A model generated the notes under the pieces. It was not told where the DNA came from. It searched no databases and worked only from the letters and a program-made list of their open reading frames with translations. Source: Euprymna scolopes (Eukaryota). Taken from it: 64,000 nt of DNA. The stretch lies in NCBI GenBank assembly GCA_053919585.1, contig CM132786.1. One strand, 5' to 3'. Position 1 is the stretch's first letter. Every line of letters starts with the position of its first letter. A program made the position numbers and the translations under genes. Positions 12,033 to 25,078 of this stretch are shown here, in pieces.

Positions 12033-13499
12033 GAAGAGGCATATGCATATATAAGAAGGTAAAAAATGCAATATTATGACATTCATTATTAAGTATATAA
12101 ATTCTTTTTACTGTTAGTTTTCTGTAAAATCATGCGTTTTAAAAATTGACATAGAATTATGTCTTTGATAAGGATCGATACCGCGCATTCTTAATTTGAG
12201 GCTAATGTTGCGCTTAGGTCTAACAATTTTTGGTTCTTGATCGAAGTAGGATTGTACAAAAATCATTTGTTCTTCGGGTGCTTTATAAAAGGCTATACGC
12301 TTTTAATGAAAGAGATAAAATAAAATTTTTGAAAGTTAAAACCAAGTTCAGAAATATATTGCCTTTTTAGATAATGCAATCAATGTTTGAAAGATTTAAG
12401 TTTGTATTAAAATCTCTAAGAGAGAACACTACACACTAATTATGAAATATTTTAATTCTCGAATCCAATAATTCTACATCGGTATGGTAGTATTTAAAAT
12501 ATGTATTCGTATTGTTGTCTAGAATCTTAGTCGTCTTATTAGGATGGCGTTGACGATGGAGGATGATGACGATTTCTTAAAGATATTAAGAAACATCAAT
12601 GGATAAAAGCTGAAGACTTTAAAAATGTAATTGTTTTCCAGGCTTCTTCATGTACGCGTATCGTGGCTAATTCGTTATTAATTACAGGCAATTGACACAA
12701 AGGCTCGATATATCCTGTCTCAACAACGCAATGTCGCATCTCAGTTCTTCTTTTTTATACACTTCATTAAAATGTACTCCGACGAACTTGTTACGCACGA
12801 GGCGTCAATACCTTAGAATAGTTTTGCATTTCACGTTTTCTTAGGTTCACAATTCGAAAGGCAAAGAAAGAGAGCGATAAAGAAAGAGAAATAGAGAGAG
12901 AAAGAAAAGGAGGGAGAGAAGGACAGAGAAAAAAGAAAAAGAGAGTTAAAGAAAATGAGGTCAGTTCCACTTTTAAGCTACACGCCAACACCTGTGTTCA
13001 CCTAACATCGCTCGACTTCAAACGTATTCGATCTCACACTCTTTAGTCACGTGATTTCCGTTTCTGATCTTCCGCAACTTGAGCTTCTTACATTAATGGC
13101 AATTCACTTCCTATTCTCTCGTTTCAAAGTCACTGAGGATATAACACACATAACATATATATATGGATAAAACATAATTATACCATTCATGGTATGATTA
13201 TGTGAAAAATGTTCTTTATTTTTAAAATTCAATCTTTTTTGTAATGCATATCATCAAGCTATTAGGATTTCTGGGTGTTTCCTCTNNNNNNNNNNNNNNN
13301 NNNNNNNNNNNNNNNNNNNNNNNNNNNNNNNNNNNNNNNNNNNNNNNNNNNNNNNNNNNNNNNNNNNNNNNNNNNNNNNNNNNNNNNNNNNNNNNNNNNN
13401 NNNNNNNNNNNNNNNNNNNNNNNNNNCACTCAAATTCTAGCAAATACCAATAGCTGCTGCCAACAAGAAATCAATGGGAGGCAGCTGTTGCGATGATGC

Positions 13500-13642
13500 A
13501 AATTTATTTGCAAATGTTATTGAAAGAAGAAAAGAGTTCTGGAAATATGGGGATACTTGTTGTCACTCAGCTTCCAGTGAACACCGCAGGCTGTTTTCAG
13601 GGAAAGATCTCCGAAGACCTGTGTGGAAGTTTCTTGTAAGCC

Positions 13643-13696
<54 letters not shown>
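13500..13696 (+). mobile_element. Probable R4/Dong-like 3' end running into (TAA)n; related remnants at ~23300-23570 and ~57890-58035
   Basis: Shared gaagagt.ctgga...acttgttgtcac.cag.ttcca motif followed by a (TAA)n tract. Confidence 0.45.
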
Positions 13697-13698
<2 letters not shown>

Positions 13699-14869
13699 AT
13701 TTTTAAACAATTTAAATAGTGAAACTAAACTACTAAGCAAGCGAACGCTTTCTGCTTGAGATACTTTTAAATAAGAAAAGAAGAAAACCTATAGAACGAA
13801 CATCACACGAGCCGAAGACAAGTGAAAACAAACAGTAGTCCAATAAAATGACTCCGCCCACACACGCGATCATTCACACATACACATATGCATATAATGA
13901 TATCAGCCAATGATAGTATCACACCAAACTCCCTTGAAATTTCAAGGCAGAGAGAAAGACAAAGGAGAGAAAGCAATAAGCAACTCTGCACTAGGGAGTT
14001 GTAGAGAGTACATGGAATTTGGGCAGTCTGTGCCACTTAAATTCTACAGATGACCAATAGTCATTGCCAATTGTAAACGGTAGTGGTGATAATGCAAAAT
14101 CAGTTGCAAGATTTATTAAAAGAGTTGGGGACGTCTAGAAATAATGAGAGACTTTAATGTTTTGCTGTCTCTCTATAAATCTGGAAAAGCTTTAATTTTT
14201 TGGTGTAGCTCTACGAGAAAAGGGGATTCTGTTTCATGGAATCCCAAGCAGACCCATAGTGTCATAAGCAAGCCAATAGGACGTTTGTCATTGCGACTCC
14301 AGGAAGAATTAATTCTTTTCTCAGTAATACTGACTTGTATGATAACCCCAAATGAGTATATAATAGCAATCTTAACTCATGGAAATTCCAGTGCGCTTTT
14401 TAAATCAATCTTTATAATTCACTGTTAATAATAATATTTTTGAAAACAATAAACGTCTTTTACGGTCAGTCTTATTAAGAAAAATAAAATTTGTCTTCTT
14501 TCATAATAAACATTTCCAATTATTGTAAAATTATTGCCAACTTAACAGTCGTCTAATCAATCAAACGAATGTCACTTATTTAAATGTATGTAAAATTGGC
14601 ATGTTTTAGTCGTCATGTTTAGAACATTTGATTTTTGAGCAGTTCATTTGAAAATGTATTAAGGACATCAGATTACGCACTAATCACCATCGAACGATCT
14701 CAGTGTTTTAAACGCGCATGGATAGTGAAAACGTGCATGCAAACATAAGCTGCCTTTATGTATTAAAATGTAGATGAGATCAAAGTGAAGATTTTCTAAT
14801 TCTTCTTATTTTATACAGTTCACACAATGTTATGTAGTAAGTTCATTCTCAACTGAAAAAGTTTCTAAC

Positions 14870-14957
14870 CTTTTGTAACTGTTGATTCCCGATGGTAATT
14901 TCGTGAATAATGTTGTTATTCTCAAGAACGAACATAATCTTTGCCGCCGGTTTCAAC
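14870..14957 (-). CDS. CHRD: Chordin exon: CHRD1 middle, (R)LKPAAKIMFVLENNNIIHEITIGNQQLQK
   Basis: Acceptor ttttcatctgaccag|, donor AAG|gttaga; 88 nt, phase 2 to 0, fitting both neighbours. Aligns with the RLDRPTRIRF...VLFE segment of CHRD1. Not in the ORF track. Confidence 0.85.
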
Positions 14958-15264
14958 CTGGTCAGATGAAAATAAATATAGAATATCAATAATATTTTAA
15001 TAACCAAAATTTTAACATCATGTTCCAATGAGGATTAAATATAGACTAATGAAAATATTATAATTTCGACTTTTTATATATCAGTAAATATAACGATTAA
15101 GTATGAATTATAACTAATTATTGCATTATATTATACATAATCGACTTCATTTTTTCCCTTCATATCCAAATATAAGAATATATTTGATTATAATAAATGA
15201 TTTATACATGAATGCATTCGTAAAAATGATCCATTTAAAGTAAGAGACGAAAAATTCCACAAAC

Positions 15265-15382
15265 CTTGTGAGACGCATGGAATAATAGATATTGGAATCT
15301 CGAACACTGATATCGGCAATGGCGACAGAATGCGTTGAAGAAGACTCATTGAAGTTTGAACCAACTAGAAGAGCTGTAAATT
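15265..15382 (-). CDS. CHRD: Chordin exon: start of CHRD1, (E)FTALLVGSNFNESSSTHSVAIADISVRDSNIYYSMRLT(R)
   Basis: Acceptor ttttttatccag|, donor AAG|gtttgt; 118 nt, phase 1 to 2. Matches the CHRD start motif (D/E)FxALLxG...VA.A...L..S..Y.R. Confidence 0.9.
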
Positions 15383-16412
15383 CTGGATAAAAAAAAAGAT
15401 TTGTTATCAAAGTAACGGAATCAAATAGCTATTACGGCAATATGCTAAGAGACGCGTTCTGTGTTGATCATAATAAAAATATAAATACCTTTACTAATAG
15501 AATTAAATATTTTACTCGTGATCTCATTAATTTGACTAAAAGATGGAATTACTTTGAAATCATGTTGCTATTGTTTTAAAGGAAGCAAAACCGATTTCTG
15601 GAGAATCTATCTTTGTCTCAATTATTATTTTCTTTTTAATGATTTCCCCAAAAAGTAAATATTTAAGATTGCATGTTCGTCCGATTAGCAGTGATTAAAA
15701 AGGGAACAGAGAGAAGAAGAATGCATTTAGAAAGTTAGAATGTCTGCGGATTAGCAGCGACTTATTCTTTTTTCAAAGGTTGATACCGATCAACAATTCA
15801 GCATTCAGGTTTTAAAAGAGTTGGGGTCGGATGCTGCCGTTTTTGCTTCAAATACGACATATCATCTAATAAATAAATTTTGTGCAATACTTGATTTATT
15901 TGTTTGTCAAACAATGCATTTCCGTATCAATTTGTGAGCGAGAGAATACTTAAGTTTGGGGTAGCGAGTTATCTTTTTCCTGCCGATTTGATCCGTTTAA
16001 TCTTCTTCAAATAGTAAAAAAATTAAACAAATTAGTAATGAATAACAGTGAAATAATTAACTGTTAATTAGATAATACTTTTAATGGGTTTCATATGTAA
16101 AACGAACATAACATAATTTTCCTTTTTCTAGTATATATTATTTTTCTTCGTTAATTGATCAATCTAGTCACTTTCGATAAGAATTAAAGTCACTAACATG
16201 CAAATGGTGTTAAGTATTATAGAAACATATTTCCGCAAAGTATAAACACATTACATTAGTTTACAGTGAGGGGAGATACACGTCTACTTAAAACGTATAA
16301 ATGATGTAGATAATGACACATTAAATAAAATCCACGTATTAAATAAGACACAAAACAAAATTATCTAATTCATATTGTCAGGTTACGGATATAATAAACG
16401 AATAAAACATAC

Positions 16413-16451
16413 CTGTAATTTTATGTTTCCAAAATGGTTTGTTTTCATAAG
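16413..16451 (-). CDS. CHRD: Chordin 39-nt linker exon, (S)YENKPFWKHKIT(E)
   Basis: Acceptor ttttatag|, donor CAG|gtatgt, phase 1 to 1. An intervening exon is required because joining 18770 directly to 15382 creates TAA. Confidence 0.7.
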
Positions 16452-17835
16452 CTATAAAATTAAATATATTTTATCAATACATGTATGCAAGCAAATATGC
16501 AGATTGTCACACACACACGTACACACATACATATAAGAATAAACTGCACACTATATCATAAAATGAAATGTGGAAAAAATGTAATAAAAGACGAAGTGGA
16601 AAAGACAAATTAAATCTAGGAAAAGGAAAAAGAAAAACACATTAGATGTTCGGATTTCGTTCGGATATACTGACGTCTTTAGAAAAAGTGATAAGTTTAA
16701 ATTTATTGAGTCCGAGCTGACCTATATCCAGTCGCTGCCCGGGAATAATAGATTAACTCAAGAGTTCCATGCAAACCGCAGAGACCCAACATTTTCTGTA
16801 CTTTCGGGGCACTGTTTCGTATTATTAGTTATTGTTAAGCAGCCGAAACAACTGTCCATGTTAGTACTTCTCGCGTTTATGTGACTACGATGTTCGATGT
16901 TTAATTTCGATGAATCAAGTAGAACCATTAAACACCTTGTGTAGTGGATGTGTGAAATTAATTGACTTATTTATCAAAAACAAAGTATTTTTTTACTATA
17001 TCATCAATCATCTAAACGATTACATGTAAACAGTTTGAAAAATATAAAATATAAAAACTATTTTATACTTTAGGTGGTGGGGGCACTTTCCTATATAAAT
17101 TAGCTTAAACTAAGTACTCAATTCCTACCTATTTAACTGCAACTATAGACGTGTAATCAATTTTCGTAGGTTTTCTTTTCGAAAAGATTTTCAAACAAGT
17201 TTCTGAATTGTACAAGGTTAAAAAAATCGACTTCCAGTTACATCGTTCTTTTTAACATATTTAAGGCTTAGTTTAGGGTTATTGAAAGTTATATTTTTAG
17301 GTAAAACTTAGTTAAATTAATATTTAGGGTTATGTAAAGTTTGTTTCAGGTAAACATTTTTTAAATTCCAACTCTTTAAAAAAAAGTAACATAAACTAAT
17401 TAATACCGGTTTCTCTAGCGGTACTGGTAGATGAATATATCAAGTTTATGTTTATCTAGATTATACAGTTTTGTCTTTAGTACGGACAAAATATTTTTTG
17501 AAATTTCGTGGAAAAATACGCTATTTACTATTTGCATGAGAGAGTAAGTAACTACGATGAAAGTATTCACATGTTGGTATTATTTGTAAAAAGAAACATT
17601 GCAAAGACTGTTTTGAAGCAAGAAAATTCGCTTTGAAGTCACGCCTAATGACTTTTTACGAATTATCAAAGAAAAGTAACCCAGTTAAACATATACATAT
17701 AATGTTTTAATGCCATTGTGCTATATTAATTACTTTAAATATAAAACAAGTATCCAAAAAAATGCATGAGATTATATTAACTGTTGCCTTCGTAATGTGT
17801 AATCTGCCTTATCTTTATATCATATCATACATATC

Positions 17836-18483
17836 AGGTCAGCCATAACTGAGTCTATTTTTGTTTTGTTTATTTTGTTTATACTTAAGCATTAATTCTA
17901 TTGGACTTGTTAATTGAAAGCAGAAATTGTAAAATCATTTTAGTAGATAGGGTTGGGTTAGAGTTAGGGTTATACATTTCCATAGGTAAACATGAAAACG
18001 AAATAAAATGCCGAAGACTAGAGTACCCGTGACCCTTTAAGTCAGTATATATTATAGCAAGCTATAGAATAGTGAGTATACAGAACTAATGTACAAAAGT
18101 CAAGTGCGTGTGCATAATTAATGTATAAACGCGAAAAATTGAAAACACACGTGCGCGAAAAACATGGCGGCCACTTAAAACAATACACAATTTCGCGTGT
18201 GAGTAAAAATTAAATGAACGCGCGCACGAAAACAAACATGGCGACCAGTGAAAACACTACGAATACATTGGTCTTAACATCATTGCCCTTAGATTAAATG
18301 AAGAATCTTTCATATAAAAGGGGTGTAATCCGTTGAAAAAATTTAAAAAAAACGAAAAGAATAACGAAAAGAAGTGGATTTACATTGTACAGGTCAACCC
18401 TTGTTTTGTTTTGTGTGTATATTAATAGCCTTAACAATATTTGGAAATTTACTGATTAAGTAATATTTTATGGTGAAACTTTT
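17836..18483. repeat. Interspersed repeat, copy 1 (possibly Helentron/DINE-like)
   Basis: Colinear with 23623-24260 (gactagagtacccgtgacccttt, cgcgaaaaacatggcg, ttgtacaggtc). Confidence 0.65.
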
Positions 18484-18769
18484 NNNNNNNNNNNNNNNNN
18501 NNNNNNNNNNNNNNNNNNNNNNNNNNNNNNNNNNNNNNNNNNNNNNNNNNNNNNNNNNNNNNNNNNNNNNNNNNNNNNNNNNNNNNNNNNNNNNNNNNNN
18601 NNNNNNNNNNNNNNNNNNNNNNNNNNTTCCAAACCAACAAACTCCAACACATCATATTTTTAAAGGATTACATAAATTGATTATCCAAGAAGCTGCAGAT
18701 GATAAAAATAATGACGTTCGGAAAATGTATTTTAAATATGAGCGTAGACGGAAGATAATTTTAACTCAC

Positions 18770-18896
18770 ATAAATTTGGGCACGTGTTGCAACATGAGTC
18801 ATTTGCCTTCTGGCATGTAGGACGAGGGCATTTTCGAATGTTTTGGCATGACACCTTTCCTGTCCAGTACATCTTATCCTTCTGAACTTTGTTCAC
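18770..18896 (-). CDS. CHRD: Chordin/Sog exon: C-terminal half of VWC (CR1) domain, VNKVQKDKMYWTGKVSCQNIRKCPRPTCQKANDSCCNTCPNL
   Basis: Acceptor ttgtttcag|GTG, donor T|gtgagt; 127 nt, phase 0 to 1. GKVSCxNI..CP.P.C...CC.TCP matches the chordin CR1 pattern (GRVSCKNIKPECPTPAC...CCQTCP). Confidence 0.9.
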
Positions 18897-18930
18897 CTGA
18901 AACAACAACAGCAACAATAACATAAGTAGC

Positions 18931-18991
<61 letters not shown>

Positions 18992-19561
18992 TATAATAAT
19001 GATAATAATACATTATAATAACAGTAATGAATAATAACAATAACTGATAATAAAAATGTGACGATATGAATTGAAAATGGAAAGGAAGAAACAAAATGTT
19101 CCACGATTCGTCTGTAACATAGGTTTTATTCAAGAGATTATAGGTTTGAATAACATAATATTTTTTATGTGTTTTCAAACGTGAAGCATTTTCTTTCCAC
19201 TTTAATAAAATCGGGTAATCAGGATAGAAACGTGAATCATTTTCCTACCTTCTTCTTGCAGTTGTTTCATTCATACATTAGTTTGTAGGCTATGCAATTG
19301 TGGGGTATTATACTTCGGTTTCCATATATTCTATCAGCAGAGAATACGCACCGTTTCGTGGCCAACCTCTCGACGGATTCATTTGCGTATTGGATGTAAG
19401 ATCCTTTTATTTTATTGATTTAAACAGTTCGTTTACTTCAGATTCAAATATAGACATTTGGAAACAGCTAAAAATACTAGTTATTTTAAAACCTACATTC
19501 TGTTGAAAAAAAACCCCACATAATAGACGAACTATCGAACATTTTCTTTCTTCTTTTCTTT

Positions 19562-22500
19562 TTTACGTGGGAGTCACCACTTATCAAGGCCTGGAGGCCA
19601 CTGGAGGATAAGTTATTGCGTGTACAGCAATCAATGGGATAATATCGTAGTAATCGTTAGTAATGGAGATTTGATAAATTAGATTTCTTAACGGGGCGGT
19701 TTATGAGGAATTTGTTTATGTTGGACTTGAAGACATCCAAATTGTAGTCAGGTGGAAAATAGGCAAACAAAAGAGAGTTCCACAGGCGTGCACTTCTAAG
19801 AAAGAAGCTTTGTTCATGGAATCTACGTTTTGATTTAGGTACAGATATAGAGTGGGGAAAATTATTGCCAGTGGTTTCAACCAGACGGGTGTTTTTCGTG
19901 AAAGATTAGCGAGGGGAGACCAGAGATTGGAGCTCAGACGAGAACTTGCCATGGAAATAACGATAAAACAAAGACAAGCTCGCAACGTCTCTTCTGTGGG
20001 AAAAGGGTTGCAGAGAAGAAAAAAGGGCATCTCTCACTAAGCTACGAAGTCTATTTTGTACTCTGTCAAGGCAGGATAAGCTGTTTTTAGCAGCTCCTAC
20101 CCAGATGTGGCAGCAGTACTCCATCGTTGGACGTACTTGGCTTTTACATAAATAGAGAATTGCACAAGCAGTGAGATATCTACTGAAGCAGTAGAAGAAT
20201 CCCACCATTTTTCCAGCGATCTTGGCAACAGATTTGATGTACGTGTTCGATTTCAGATCAGGAGTAGAGGTCAATGCTAGAAGCTTGTAAAAACATGGAG
20301 CCTCCCCTAGACGAGAGCCTTCCATTTCAATTGACGACAGATGACCATCAGAGCGTTGATGATGTAAAGATAGAAGCTTGGTTTTAGATATATTAAAAGT
20401 AACAAGCCCCCTCTTCCCCCATTGTAACACGCGCCTAAGCTCAGAGGAGAGAGAATCAGAGAGAACGTGGTCGTTTATAGTCTTTGATATACTGCCATAG
20501 ATGCTAGTGTTATCAGCATAAATGTCAACGAATGATCTAAGTATGTGTTTTGAGAGATCATTGATGTAGATCAGGAAGAGAGTTGGGCCCAGGATGGAAC
20601 CCTGAGGGAGTCCAGCATTAATACAGCGGGTTTCTGATTTCTGCCATCAATCACTACTCTTATGAGTCTATTAGAGAGAACTGTTTTAATAATTGAGAAA
20701 ACATTTCCAGTTATATTTTAATTGGAGATCTTGTTAAGTAGGCCTTTATGCCATACCTTATCGAATACCTTCGATATGTCAAGAGCAATTGCTCTAGAAA
20801 GGAAGCCTTTGTCGAGAGATTCATTAATCCTATGAGATATAACCGTTAGCCCATCTGCTGTAGATCTAGCAGAACAGAAACCATTTTGCATGTCACTAAG
20901 AAGGTTATTTCTGCTGAAGTGGTTGACTACTTCTTTATTTAATATGGATTCCAACAACTTACTCATGATGCACAGGAAACTTATTGGTCTGTACCGAGAT
21001 TCAGATGACCTATCACCTGAATTCTTAAATACAGGGCATACTGATGAAGTTTTCTAGTGTGTTGGGAAGCAATTCTCCTTAATACAACGCTTAAACTGTT
21101 TTGTAAATATGGGGGTAAGTTCTGGTTGAAGCTTTTCCAACACTATAATTGCAATGCCGTCAAGGCCGGTTGCTTTACTGGAATCAAGGTTCTTGATTAG
21201 CTTGGTGACATCACGCACATATATTTGTATGCCGCATAGCGTGTTGTCTGTTATAGGAGGAAATACGGGGGATGATGGCCTTGGTCTAATATGGTAGAAT
21301 TAGCTGTAAAGTTCTTGGCAAATAGTTTGGATGTGTCTGATGTTGACGAGATGACCTCAGGTCTATTGATAATGGTTGGGATAGAACTCACACTTCTTTT
21401 CAAGATCCTGTTTGCTATTTGCAAAAACTGGTGGTAACCAAGCTGCTGCTCAGCTACTTTGGATTTAACAGACTAAGCATATAACTCTCTTGCATTTTTT
21501 ATTACTCTTTTACAGTGGTTGCTGACAGTCTTGAAAGCAGCTTAAATCTCACTACATCTATTACGTTGGTAGCTATGGAAAAGTTATATCTGTGCGCGAT
21601 TGCGGCAGCGCATTCTTGGGAGAATCATGTCTGGCTGTTAGGGTTTTGCTGAAAAATTTTGGATGGTATGAATCGGTCTATACCTACAATTAACGATTCC
21701 GTCAAGTCTGATACTATAGAGGTTACATTCTTTTCAAACATGGAAAGCAGAGGTAGATCAGATATAAATTTACGGAAGCTATTCCAGTCAGCCATAGAGT
21801 ATTGATATCATATACGGTGGAGAAGTACGTCTGAAGACTTATTAGATTTCATTTTTATTTTAAATGATACAACCGAGTGGTCAGAAAATCCCAGGAGAGA
21901 CAGGACGGAACATAAACATAGGTCAGGGCAAGTTGCGAGAAAAAGATCTAGGAAGCTTGCATACTGAACGTTAGTATCGGGCACACGGGTGGGTTTGTGA
22001 ACAATCTGAGTGAGGTCATAAGCAATGGAGAAATTATGATAGAACCTCGTCTGTCTTGTTTAAGTGGGTCGACCATTCCACATTGTTGACATTGAAGTCA
22101 CCACAGATGTGAATCTAAGCCGAAGGATGAGCAGACAGGGTGTGGTCAATTTTCTCAGATATACTCTTAAAGATAGTAACTCCGCTGTTTTGGGGGCGAG
22201 TGCGGGCAAATATAAATGCGGTGGTGTAAGCAAGTCTAACCTGGAAGACCATATAGAGTAAATTAGGGTCTTCTCTGGAGATATCCCTACCACACGGAAA
22301 TCTATCTTTAATGTAGGCACATATTCCATGCCCATGTCGATCTTGAGGGGTTAGATTTAAGTTAGAGTATCCTTTAATTATGAACTCATCATGGGAAATA
22401 GTCAGCCCAATGCTAGTTCCACTTAGAAACAATGTGGAAGGTTAGAACGTAGACCCCTGAGGTTGGAGAAGGAGACATGGTAGTAGCGTCTACGTTGGAG

Positions 22501-22990
22501 GATGAGGTTCTAGGTTTATTCGTGTATATTTCTAGAGATATTTAATGCTGAGATTTATGGATTTGTGGAACAGGTCGACAGGAAAGTAAGAGAGAAAAAG
22601 AAATGACTCTTTTTCTTATTTAATATTTTTTGTAGCACATGATAAGGTAAAGCCGTAACAATTACCGACTAATATGTCATCAAGAGCCCCTACCAAAAAC
22701 TAGTGCATGGTCTAGAATCCATTCACCAAATGGCAATACAGCAGCCCCAGTACTTTGCACCTGCTGATAGGACAACATCCTAAGTGGTTAATTCAAGTTT
22801 CGGGTTCCTAACTATCAGGCAGATAACGTCAGCCCAGATGAAACGTTTGCCTCCAGCACCCTTACTAGTGACAGGACCACGAGGATAGACATAGAAACAG
22901 AAAATTTCCGACATCTCAGGCTACTCTTCACGCAACTACTGCCGAACTAGAAAGAAGCTTTTTCTTCACGCTTTGTCAGAAAAAATCACT
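19562..22990 (-). mobile_element. Near full-length decayed CR1/L2-type non-LTR retrotransposon (APE + RT)
   Basis: Fragments SFSNLRGLRSN (APE start), SKLLESILN..Q.GF...RST, ALDISK.FDKVWH, AG.PQGSILGPTLFL.YIND, YAD, FN.SKTK, MEYCCHIW; many stops and frameshifts; A-rich 3' tail near 19562. The 5' boundary is approximate. Confidence 0.9.
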
Positions 22991-23590
22991 TATTGGAAAT
23001 GAGGATTGAGGAACAAATAAGGAGAAGCAAGATGTACTGGAGTTGCCGATAATACATCCACAGTGCATTACCTACTCTCCATTAGAAAAAAAAAATGAAA
23101 AGGTTAAAAAATAAAAAGGTCAAGAAAAAAAATTAGGTACAAGGAACTTATTAATATCTACTTTATCTAAGTTCGTTGCTCTATTTCAAATTTAGGGTGA
23201 TATTTGAAAATAGTCTCCCCTTTTCTTTTCCATTTTTAATTCATAAAAATAAGTATAATAATAATACAATGGGTCATCTAAAAAAGACATCAGTCTTGAA
23301 TGTTACTACACAAAATAGTGGTGAATAGTCAGTAAGAATAAAAGGGCCGAGGAGATTCCCACTGGATAAGTGCCAAGAGTGCTGGGACCATGGAAGGCTC
23401 ATTGTCACCCAAAATTCAACGAGGGCGAATGATCTTTCTCAGTTGTCTAAAAATGGTAGCAAATACTGGAGATTTTGGGGATACTCTTCACTTCAAAGAA
23501 CGCCATCGGTTATTATCAGTGAGTAATTACTTATGATTGCCTGTGTAAGAAATTGTAGTGAGTAGCAATACTAATAGATAGATACATACA

Positions 23591-23622
<32 letters not shown>

Positions 23623-24260
23623 AGGTCGGCCATAAAGTCTATTTTAGTGTTGTTTACTTTGTTGATTCTTAAACATTTATTCTATTTTGCTTATCAATGG
23701 AAAGTGGAAATCGTATATACATTTTCATAGGAAAAAATGAACATGAAATAAAATGCCTAAGACTAGAGTACCCGTGACCCTTTTGGTCAGTATATGTTAT
23801 AGTACCTATGGAATAGCGAGTATAGAGAACTAATGTATAAAAGTGCAAATGAGTATACAGAATTAATGTATGAACGCAAAAAATCTAATTCACGCACGCG
23901 CGAAAAAAACATGGCGACCAGTGAAACAGTACGTAATTTCGCGCGCGCGTAAAAAATTAAAAATGCATGCAGGCACAAAAACAAACATGGCGACCAGTCA
24001 AAACAATAAGGGATACATTGGATAATAGAGGTCTTAACATCATTGCTCTTATAGTAAATGAAAAATACTTTATATAAAAGGGGCGTAATCCGTTGAAAGA
24101 AAAATTGAAAAAAACCCAAACAAACAAGAGGAAAAAAATACAAGGAGGGAGTGCGCATTGTACAGGTCCACCCTACTTTTTTGTGTGTTAACAGCCTTAA
24201 AATATCAGAAAATAATAATTGACTGATAAATAATATTTATCAGTGAGACCTTTTCAAAGC
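23623..24260. repeat. Interspersed repeat, copy 2
   Basis: Homologous to 17836-18483; shares gggtggacctgta (reverse complement) with the element at 30089. Confidence 0.65.
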
Positions 24261-25018
24261 AAATCTTTAAAAAAAAAAAAATTAAAAGTCCCCCACCATT
24301 TTAAGTGTATACATGTTTGGAATTTATGACCCAAACCGACCTCAGAAACCAAATTTGAAAATTGCTAACGATAACATGTCTCACTACGTCACCAATAAGT
24401 CGTGTCTCATTTTACGTTAAATTTTAATGGGAAAGTGATCCCCCAAGCTAAAATTTGAAATGTTAATTATATATAAAAACTTCTTATTTTATATTATTTT
24501 TAAAGGCCGTTAATACGTATTAGCTAAAAAAAAAGTACATTTTTATTTCTTTTTAGGAACTAAACTATGCTGGTTAAGTCGTAAAATTTTTTTTTTTTAA
24601 ATATGTAAATTGATGTAGTAGTCTCTTTTTACATTAGAAAAACATATTTACTTTGTTTTTATTTACATTAGAAAAACTTATTTACTTTGATTATTTTATT
24701 GAAAGTAATTCCAACTTGCAATGAAAAATACAAACAAAATAATCGTAAATAAATATGTTTAATTACGCACAGCTTGGATAAAGAAAATATTTTTAAAAAA
24801 TATGTAGGTGAACCTGATCAATCGGCGCCCTTTTTAATTGTTTCCTTTTCGTATTTTTTCAAATATTTCTGCGGATTGTTTGACACTCAGCTCCCAGGTT
24901 ATAAGAAAAAAATGAAAAAAAATCAATATTTAAATCAACGTTCTAGGAAATCAGTTCCCAATTTTCAAAGCTGATGTACAGCACCAATTTGTAATGGCTA
25001 CTTCAGGCCCCGCCCCAC

Positions 25019-25078
<60 letters not shown>

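Noticed and set aside
15489-15552. Alternative phase 1-1 linker exon just upstream of the CHRD1 exon
   Set aside because: Weak aag acceptor with no pyrimidine tract; 16413-16451 has much better splice sites.
22795-22820. CUGAUAG...GAAAC in the LINE 5' region as a hammerhead
   Set aside because: The core is not CUGANGA and stems I and II do not form.
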